Source of the DNA: Halobacteriaceae archaeon
GTDB taxonomy: Archaea > Halobacteriota > Halobacteria > Halobacteriales > Halobacteriaceae
Direction of reading: 5' to 3'
Assembly: GCA_042216675.1 (NCBI GenBank)
Contig: JBDGTS010000016.1
Location: 18,829-82,828 of the forward strand
Length of the DNA stretch: 64,000 bases
In this document: positions 57,280 through 64,000 of the stretch, one piece after another
Layout of the letters: each line of letters begins with the position of its first letter
Numbering within the stretch: position 1 is the first letter of the stretch
Made by a program: the position numbers and the translations under genes
Notes under the pieces: generated by a model
Told to the model about the DNA's origin: nothing
The model's input: only the letters and a program-made list of their open reading frames with translations
Database searches by the model: none

Positions 57280-59597
57280 CCGACTGCACGCTCTGTGGCC
57301 TGCCGACGCCCGCCGACCCGGTGACGGCCGACGACGTGGCCGGGTCGTTTTGCTGTCAGGGCTGTCTGGCGGTGGCGCGAACCCTCGACGACCCCGCGGC
57401 GGCGGACGCGCAGGACGCTCTCGACACGGCCGACACGGACCCCGAGGACGCCGACGGCGAGACGGCGTTTCTCTCGGTGGAGGGGATGCACTGTGCCACC
57501 TGCGAGGCGTTCCTCGAAGCGCGGGCGACGGACCACTCGGCCGTCACGGCCGCCGCGGCGTCGTACCCGACGGCGACGATGAAAGTCACCTACGACCCGG
57601 ACCGCCTGTCGGCCGACGAGGTGCCCGAACTCGTCGAGGGAACTGGCTACCGCGCCCACGCCGCCGGCGAGGACCAGCCGGACGCGTCGGACGACCACGC
57701 GCGCCTCCTCGTCGGCGGCTTCTTCGGCATGATGGTGATGCTGTGGTACGTCCTCTTTCTCTACCCGCTGTATCTCGGCGTCCCCGCCGAGGACCTGTTG
57801 ATGGACGTGACCAGTTCTGTCGGCACCTATCTCCTCGCCAACGTCGCCGTCCTCGCGGCCGTCGTCCTCGGCTACACCGGCGGGCCGATTCTCCGGGGCG
57901 CCTACGTCAGCGCGCGCGCCGGCCGGCCGAACATGGACCTCCTCGTCGGCCTCGCGGCGGCGACGGCGTATCTCTACAGCGTCGTGGCGATGCTCTCGGG
58001 CCGCGTCGAGGTGTACTTCGACGTGGCGGTGGTCGTCGTCCTCGCCGTCTCCATCGGCGACTACTACGAGTCCCGCATCAGGGCGGGCGCGACGGCCCGC
58101 CTCGCGGACCTCGCGCGGGGCCGGGCCGACGAGGCGCGCCGCCGCACCGACGACGGCACGGAGACAGTCGCTCTCGACGCGCTCCGCCCGGGCGACGAGG
58201 TGGTCGTTCGGACCGGGGAGCGCGTGCCGGTGGACGGCACCGTCGTCGAGGGGACGGCGGCCGTCGACGAGTCGCTGATGACCGGCGAGTCGACGCCGGT
58301 CCGGGTCGACCCCGGCGACGACGCGGTGGGTGGCACCGTCGTCACTGACGGTGCGGTGGTCCTCGAAGTCGGCCCCGACGCCGAGAGCACGGCCGACCGA
58401 CTCCTGCGTCTCCTCTGGGACGTGCAGGCGGCGCGCCCGGGCGTCCAGCGACTCGTGGACCGGGTCGCCGCGGCGTTCGTTCCGCTCGTCGTCGTCCTCG
58501 CCGGCGGGACGACGGCGTGGTATCTCCTCGGCGGGACCCCGCTCGGAGCCGCCCTGCTGACCGGCCTCGCGGTTCTCGTCGTCTCCTGCCCCTGCGCGCT
58601 GGGGCTGGCGACGCCGCTGGCCGTCTCGGCGGGCATCCGGTCGGCCCTCGACCGAGGGGTCGTCGTCACCGACGCGGCGACGTTCGAGCGAGCGACGGAC
58701 GCCGACGTGGTGGTCCTCGACAAGACGGGGACGCTCACGACGGGTGCGATGCGCGTCGCCGACGTCGTCGGCGCCGACGACGCACTCGGGCGCGCCGCGG
58801 CCGTCGAGCGCCGGTCCGAACACCCCGTCGCGGAAGCCATCGTCGACGTGGCCGACCCGCCCGACGCGACGGTGTCCGACTTCGAGCGGTTCCCCGGGCG
58901 CGGGGTGGCGGGGACCGTGGACGGGACCCGCGTCCTCGTCGGCAGTCCGACGCTGTTCGACGCCGAGGGGTGGACGGTTCCGGACCGTTTCACAGACGCC
59001 GTCGCGGCGGCCCGCGACGAGGGCCGGGTCGGGACGCTCGTCGGCTGGGACGGCACGGCACGTGCGGCGGTGACGCTCGCGGACGAGCCACGGCCGGGGT
59101 GGGAGGACGCAGTGACCGCACTCGGCGACGGGCGCGAGGTGGTGGTCCTCACCGGCGACAGCGACGGCGCGGCCGAGCGCTTCCGCGAGCACGACGCCGT
59201 GGACCGCGTGTTCGCCGGCGTCCCCCCGGACGGCAAAGTCGAGACGGTCCAGCGTCTCCGCGCGGAGGGCGTGACGGTGATGGTTGGCGACGGGAGCAAC
59301 GACGCCGGCGCCCTCGCCGCCGCGGACCTCGGGGTGGCGATGGCCGAAGGCACCGCGCTGGCGGCCGACGCCGCCGACGCCGTCGTGACGACCGACGACC
59401 TCGGCGCGGTCACGGCGCTGTTCGACGTGACGGCCGCGACGAAGCGCCGGGTCCGACAGAACCTCGCGTGGGCCTTCTGCTACAACGCCGTCGCCGTGCC
59501 GCTGGCGGTGGCGGGCGTCCTCACGCCCCTGTTCGCCGCGGGCGCGATGGCGACGAGCAGTCTCCTCGTCGTCGCCAACTCCACGCGCTCGCTGTAG
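57276..59597 (+). CDS. P1B heavy-metal (Cu) translocating ATPase, FixI/CcoI-like
   Basis: N-terminal CTLC...FCCQGC, HMA 'GMHCATC', TGES, CPC, DKTGTLT, GDGSND, YN and 'MATSS'. Confidence 0.92.
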   Translation: MTDCTLCGLPTPADPVTADDVAGSFCCQGCLAVARTLDDPAAADAQDALDTADTDPEDADGETAFLSVEGMHCATCEAFLEARATDHSAVTAAAASYPTATMKVTYDPDRLSADEVPELVEGTGYRAHAAGEDQPDASDDHARLLVGGFFGMMVMLWYVLFLYPLYLGVPAEDLLMDVTSSVGTYLLANVAVLAAVVLGYTGGPILRGAYVSARAGRPNMDLLVGLAAATAYLYSVVAMLSGRVEVYFDVAVVVVLAVSIGDYYESRIRAGATARLADLARGRADEARRRTDDGTETVALDALRPGDEVVVRTGERVPVDGTVVEGTAAVDESLMTGESTPVRVDPGDDAVGGTVVTDGAVVLEVGPDAESTADRLLRLLWDVQAARPGVQRLVDRVAAAFVPLVVVLAGGTTAWYLLGGTPLGAALLTGLAVLVVSCPCALGLATPLAVSAGIRSALDRGVVVTDAATFERATDADVVVLDKTGTLTTGAMRVADVVGADDALGRAAAVERRSEHPVAEAIVDVADPPDATVSDFERFPGRGVAGTVDGTRVLVGSPTLFDAEGWTVPDRFTDAVAAARDEGRVGTLVGWDGTARAAVTLADEPRPGWEDAVTALGDGREVVVLTGDSDGAAERFREHDAVDRVFAGVPPDGKVETVQRLRAEGVTVMVGDGSNDAGALAAADLGVAMAEGTALAADAADAVVTTDDLGAVTALFDVTAATKRRVRQNLAWAFCYNAVAVPLAVAGVLTPLFAAGAMATSSLLVVANSTRSL

Positions 59598-59828
59598 TCA
59601 CTTCTTCGGCAGGGTGGCGACGAACTCGTTCGGCCCGATCTGGTCGACGGTGTAGTTCTCGGCGTCGAACGCGTCGACCTCGGCCTGCATCTCGTAGAAC
59701 AGCGGTTTCGGCTCGTGGTCGTTGACCAGAATCAGTTCCTCGCCGCTCTCCAATCCCTCGAACGTCTCGTGAATCTTCGGGTGACGCTGTGGCGGTGGCA
59801 CGTCGCGGAGGTCGAGTTCCTCGGTCAT
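59598..59828 (-). CDS. DUF2249 domain protein
   Basis: 'LDLRDVPPPQRHPKI...LVNDHEPKPL'. Confidence 0.85.
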   Translation of the reverse strand: MTEELDLRDVPPPQRHPKIHETFEGLESGEELILVNDHEPKPLFYEMQAEVDAFDAENYTVDQIGPNEFVATLPKK

Positions 59829-59920
59829 GCACCTCGCACTACCCGACCGGCCCGCGAGGGGCTTGTGCCGAACACGTTCGCGCCGCGGGTGTTTTGTGCC
59901 GTCGTCGCCTACGCTCGTCT

Positions 59921-60262
59921 ATGGGAGCGACAGACCCGGACGTCGGCGGCACGCCGGCAGAGCGGGTGGTTCTCTCCGTGCCCAGTGACCTCTCGGACCG
60001 CGGCCACCGCGAAATCGGGCGCGACCACTACCGGACGTACCTCCGGCGCGTCCACGACGCCGTCGCCGTCGGCGACGAGTTCGAGGAGTTCACCGACGTG
60101 GGCTGCTGTGGGTCGACGATGCGGTTCACGTTCCGCGTCGAGGCCGTCGAGGGCGGCACCGCTATCGGCCCGGAGACGGCCATCGAGTACGCCGAGCGCT
60201 CGGCGGGCGGTGCCGAGGGCGGCTGGGAGGTGCAAAACGAACTCACCCCCGACGACGGGTAG
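59921..60262 (+). CDS. Hypothetical protein with GCCG motif
   Basis: Acidic ORF containing 'VGDEFEEFTDVGCCG...FRVEAV.GG..IG.ET.I'. Confidence 0.7.
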   Translation: MGATDPDVGGTPAERVVLSVPSDLSDRGHREIGRDHYRTYLRRVHDAVAVGDEFEEFTDVGCCGSTMRFTFRVEAVEGGTAIGPETAIEYAERSAGGAEGGWEVQNELTPDDG

Positions 60263-60297
60263 TCAGGTTCACGGCGCTCGGGCACGTAGCCTCGCGC

Positions 60298-60486
60298 GTG
60301 CCAGACATTCGCCTCCTCGCGCTCGTCCTCGTCGCGGGCATCGTCATTCCCGGCGTGGCTGACTACACGCTCACGCAAGCCAACCGCCCCACCCTCGCCG
60401 CCGCCGTCTGGGTCGGCGGCTACGGGACCGCAATCGCCGCCGTCTGGTTCGGGTGGCTCCGCCACATCGACTTCGCCGGCGAGTAG
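60298..60486 (+). CDS. Small two-helix membrane protein
   Basis: 'GIVIPG.ADY.L', 'VWVGGYG....VWFGWLR.ID'; GTG start. Confidence 0.65.
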   Translation: MPDIRLLALVLVAGIVIPGVADYTLTQANRPTLAAAVWVGGYGTAIAAVWFGWLRHIDFAGE

Positions 60487-60544
60487 GCCCGGCGACGACT
60501 GCCGGTGCGAACAGGTATTTTCCGTCGGCTCCCCTCCGCTCGGT

Positions 60545-61162
60545 ATGGCCGACGAGTCGATTCCCGTCTCCGACGACCTGCCCGACAGCCCGTTCCACAC
60601 CACCGGCACCGACCACATCACCGTCTGGGGGTCGAACGCAGAGGACACCATCGCGTTCTACCGCGACCTGCTGGGGATGCCGCTGGTCCTCCGCCAGCCG
60701 AATCTGGACGACCCCTCGCAGACGCACCTCTTCTTCGACACCGGCGACGGCCGCATCCTCACGTTCTTCGTGAGCGACGACCGGCAGTCCGACCAGCGCC
60801 CCCTCCGCGGGAGCGTCGGCGGCGTCCACCACCTCTCGTTCTCCATCGACCCCGCGGACTTCGAGGACGTGCAGGCCGCCCTCGACGACGCCGGCCACGG
60901 CTACAACGTGTTCGACCGGGGTATCTTCTTCTCGCTCTACACCCGCGACAACAACGGCCTCGTCATCGAACTCGCCACCGACAAGTACGACATCCCCGAC
61001 GACAGGCGCGGCGAGGTGCTGGCGACGGCCCAGCGCATCCGCGAGGAGGACGGCGCCGACTACGCCGAGGACCGCCACCTGAAGGCCGCGTTGGAGGAAC
61101 TCGGCATCGACGCGACGGCCGCGGACCTTCCCGACGCCGACACCGGCGTCGGCGTCGAGTAG
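60545..61162 (+). CDS. VOC/glyoxalase family protein
   Basis: 'GTDHIT', 'FYRDLLGM', 'HLFFD.GDG', 'VHHLSF', 'SLYTRD.NGLVIEL'. Confidence 0.88.
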   Translation: MADESIPVSDDLPDSPFHTTGTDHITVWGSNAEDTIAFYRDLLGMPLVLRQPNLDDPSQTHLFFDTGDGRILTFFVSDDRQSDQRPLRGSVGGVHHLSFSIDPADFEDVQAALDDAGHGYNVFDRGIFFSLYTRDNNGLVIELATDKYDIPDDRRGEVLATAQRIREEDGADYAEDRHLKAALEELGIDATAADLPDADTGVGVE

Positions 61163-61167
61163 CCCGG

Positions 61168-62238
61168 TCACGCTGACGGCAGGGTCACCGTGAACGCCGC
61201 ACCCCCCATCTCGCTCTCGCCCACCTCGACGTCGCCGTCGAACTGCTCCACCAGCGACCCGACGATGTAGAGACCGACGCCGTGGGCTCCGCCGTCGTCG
61301 TCCGCCTCGAACAGCGTCTCGCGCTCGGCCTCGGGGATTCCGGGGCCGTCGTCGGCCACCGTCACCACCACGGGGTCCGCCGTCGAGTCCACGGTGACCC
61401 GGACCCGCGCCGTCTCGCCGGTGTTGTGTTCGATGGCGTTGACGACGAGGTTCTCGAAGACGTGTGACACCGCGTCCGTCGCCCGCACCGTCACGCCGTC
61501 TGGTATCTCCGCCGCTATCTCCGCGTCGGGGAACGTCTTTCGGGCACTTTCGACGCGTTCGCGGAGTACCGCCGAGAGGTCGACGGCCTCCAGCGATTCG
61601 TCGCCGCCGAACGTCCGGGCGACGGGCCGCAGGTCTCGGACCAACTCCGCCATCTCCTCGCTCCGGTCCTCGATGACCGCACACCGGTCCGCGGCCGCCT
61701 CCGCGTCCGGCGGCAGGTCCCCCTCCAGTCGCGAGGCGTTCCCGGCGACGATGGTGAGGCCGTTCAGCAGTTCGTGCCGGAGGAGGCTGTTCAGGAAGCG
61801 CAGCGACTCGCGGGACCGCTCGGCGGACCGCTTCGCCTCCGCGTGTTGCGCGTGGAGGATGCCCAGTAGCGCGCCCGCCAGCGCCCCGGTGCCGCCGCCG
61901 ACGAGGACGCCCAGTTGTGGTTCCCCCGGCGGCCGCCCCTCGGCGACCCGAATCAGCACCGTCAGCGCGTTCGCCGTCGTGGCGAGCAGAAACCCGCCGC
62001 CGGTCCACCCCACGACGAGCCACGTGTCGCGGACGCTCATCTCCGACCGGAGGACGACGAGGCCCGCACCGGCGACGCCGGCGGCCAGTCCGAGACCGAG
62101 CAACAGCGCCAACAGCGGCGGCCCGACGACGTCCAGCGTCCGTATCTCGTGCAGGAAGTTCGCGAGGAACGCGCCAGCGAGGAGGGCGCCGAGGGCCACG
62201 ATGGCCCACCCGCCGTCTCGGGCGACGCGCCGACTCAT
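61168..62238 (-). CDS. Membrane sensor histidine kinase
   Basis: Four TM helices, 'LRHELLN', 'FENLVVNAIEH', 'DDGPGI', 'HGVGLYI'; ATGA overlap with the upstream gene. Confidence 0.88.
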   Translation of the reverse strand: MSRRVARDGGWAIVALGALLAGAFLANFLHEIRTLDVVGPPLLALLLGLGLAAGVAGAGLVVLRSEMSVRDTWLVVGWTGGGFLLATTANALTVLIRVAEGRPPGEPQLGVLVGGGTGALAGALLGILHAQHAEAKRSAERSRESLRFLNSLLRHELLNGLTIVAGNASRLEGDLPPDAEAAADRCAVIEDRSEEMAELVRDLRPVARTFGGDESLEAVDLSAVLRERVESARKTFPDAEIAAEIPDGVTVRATDAVSHVFENLVVNAIEHNTGETARVRVTVDSTADPVVVTVADDGPGIPEAERETLFEADDDGGAHGVGLYIVGSLVEQFDGDVEVGESEMGGAAFTVTLPSA

Positions 62239-62909
62239 CGCGCCCGCTCCGAAAGCGAGAACTCGGTCCACTCCCGTGGCTGGTCGTCGAGGCCGCGGAC
62301 CCGGAGCTCCCCGTCGGCGCCCGCCGCGTCCGTCTCTTGGACTTCCACGCGCCCGTCGCAGACCTGATTGAGCGTGTTCACCGTCTGCTCGTCGTGGGTG
62401 TCCGGGTCGATGACGAAGACGCCGACGCCGTCCGTCGTCGAGATGCGGCTGGACAGCGTGTGCATGAACCGGAACACGGCCCGCAGGTCGGCGTACATCA
62501 GGAGCGTGGAGACTGTCAGCACCCCCGCTCTGACGTGTTCGACGCCCTCGGCGTGCAGCGTCTCGTAGAGCATCGAGAACTCGATGCCGATGCCCGTCAG
62601 GTCACCCGGAGTGGAGACGGTTTCCACCCGGGCCCGCGTCTCGTCCGCCGACTCCTGTCCGGTGCAGTCGACGACGCCCGTCCGCGCCGGGTCGAACCCC
62701 GGCACGAGACGCTCACACTCGTCGAGCAGTTTCCCCGCTGGCTGATTCGTCGAGACGAACAGGCTCCCTTCCTCCCCGTCCCCCGCCAGCACGAGGGCGC
62801 GGGCGAGGTCGTCGGCTCTGCTGAGCGACGGGCCCGCGACGAACAGCGTCGTCCCCGGGTCGATTGGCGCCAGCGGAAGCGCCTCCCCCACGGAGTTGCC
62901 GGCGCTCAT
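62235..62909 (-). CDS. Degenerate KaiC/RAD55-like protein (DUF7504/DUF835-like)
   Basis: 'PGTTLFVAGP' with degenerate Walker A, 'VVDC', 'PGDLTGIG', 'STLLMY...VFRF.H', 'DG.VEV'. Confidence 0.78.
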   Translation of the reverse strand: MSAGNSVGEALPLAPIDPGTTLFVAGPSLSRADDLARALVLAGDGEEGSLFVSTNQPAGKLLDECERLVPGFDPARTGVVDCTGQESADETRARVETVSTPGDLTGIGIEFSMLYETLHAEGVEHVRAGVLTVSTLLMYADLRAVFRFMHTLSSRISTTDGVGVFVIDPDTHDEQTVNTLNQVCDGRVEVQETDAAGADGELRVRGLDDQPREWTEFSLSERAR

Positions 62910-63820
62910 GGGTCACCCTCCGTCGCGGTCGGCCCGTCGCCGTTGTACGCCTCGATGAGGTCCATCGCCACCGCCGCCAGCGTGCGGAGATACGACTTCT
63001 CGTCCTCGGTGAACGTCCGGGGCGCCTCGCCGTAGACGCACAGCGTCCCGATGGGGAGGCCCGCGGCCGTCCGGAGCGTCGCGCCCATGTACGACCGGAA
63101 GCCGTAGTCGTGCAGGTCGTCCACGTTCTCGAAGCGCGGGTCCGCCTGCACGTCCTCGACGGCCATCACGCCCGACTCCTCGACGATGGTGAACGTGCAG
63201 ATGCTTTCCTCGCGGTCGACTGTCTCCCACGGCTCCTCGAGGCCGTGACAGACCAGATACTCCTGCTCGTGGTCCTCGATGACGTTGACCGACGCCAACG
63301 ACACGTCGAAGTGTTCGGCCGCGAGGCCCGTCACGCGCTCTAACGCCTCTCGCAGCGGCGCCACGTCGAGGTCGTACGCCCGGAGCGCCCTGCGCCGGGC
63401 GTCCTCGTCCTGTGGCACGGGGTAGGAGGCCTGTGCCCGTCGCGTCACCGTGGCGTAGACCAACTGCCCGAGGCGGTCCAGCGCGTGCGGCGTGCCTCTG
63501 TCGAGATACTCCGTCACCGACTCCCGAACGGCGGCGGTGTCGACGTCGTCCGGCGGCGCCTCGGTGAAGAGGATGCAGCCGGCGTCTGGCTCCACCGTGC
63601 GGACGTGTTCGAGGAGGTCCAGTCCTGTCCCGTCGGGCAGGTCGTACTCCGTGACCACGCAGTCCACCGTCTCGTCCGCGACGACCGATTTCGCCGCGTC
63701 GAGCGCACCGACGGCCTCGATTCGGTGCTCGCCGTCCTCCAGCGCCGCCGCGAGTTCGTCGCGGGCGCGCCTTCGCGCCTCGGTGTCGGGGTCGACGAGG
63801 AGGACGACTGGCGCAGTCAT
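62906..63820 (-). CDS. Receiver-like + GAF domain protein
   Basis: 'VLLVD', 'DCVVTEYDLPDGTG', 'SYPVP.DE..R..AL', 'RE.SICTFTI', 'DPRF', 'YMGA.L', 'IGTLCV'. Confidence 0.85.
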   Translation of the reverse strand: MTAPVVLLVDPDTEARRRARDELAAALEDGEHRIEAVGALDAAKSVVADETVDCVVTEYDLPDGTGLDLLEHVRTVEPDAGCILFTEAPPDDVDTAAVRESVTEYLDRGTPHALDRLGQLVYATVTRRAQASYPVPQDEDARRRALRAYDLDVAPLREALERVTGLAAEHFDVSLASVNVIEDHEQEYLVCHGLEEPWETVDREESICTFTIVEESGVMAVEDVQADPRFENVDDLHDYGFRSYMGATLRTAAGLPIGTLCVYGEAPRTFTEDEKSYLRTLAAVAMDLIEAYNGDGPTATEGDP

Positions 63821-64000
63821 CTATGCATGAACGGCGGGGCGGCCCGTATGTAGTTTTCCCCCACGGTTCGGCGTCTGCCACGAGCGACCGCTGCTCGTGA
63901 TCGGGAGTCGTCGCTCCGCCGAGACGCGGTCACGTCCCGGCATCCTTACGGTCCGTCCGAGAAACAGATGGGTCGGGGCGGAATAAGTCTGCGACGCACA

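Overview
GC-rich haloarchaeal (Halobacteria) chromosomal window. The assignment rests on very acidic proteins, a PGF-CTERM anchor, CetZ, RaSEA, halocyanin and ba3 oxidase. From left to right it holds: a 5'-truncated giant Ig-repeat surface protein with a PGF-CTERM partner; a YetA/PL26-like rhamnogalacturonan lyase; RaSEA; a PAS kinase; purQ/purS/purU/purC; the F420 cluster (cofH, cofG, cofC) enclosing a coupled siroheme reductase + FrhB-like pair; cetZ1, tmk and katG (with a coupled 24-aa upstream ORF); a pilin-like adhesin inside the Lrp-trkA-Lrp block; tRNA-Leu(UAA); and sugar oxidoreductases with a GH78 rhamnosidase. An accessory block at 37.8-43.9 kb follows. It has a caspase/CHAT-like protein convergent with an unannotated 41-aa signal-peptide-like ORF behind a very AT-rich promoter, a deletion-broken Bat-like regulator, and a secreted filament-subunit-like gene plus a signal peptidase. 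The right end has a divergent PurD-like ATP-grasp, the ba3 oxidase operon with copper-handling genes, and a pseudo-receiver/KaiC-like/kinase operon. No CRISPR array, rRNA, transposase or integrase was seen. All family names come from motif recognition by eye, not from database searches.
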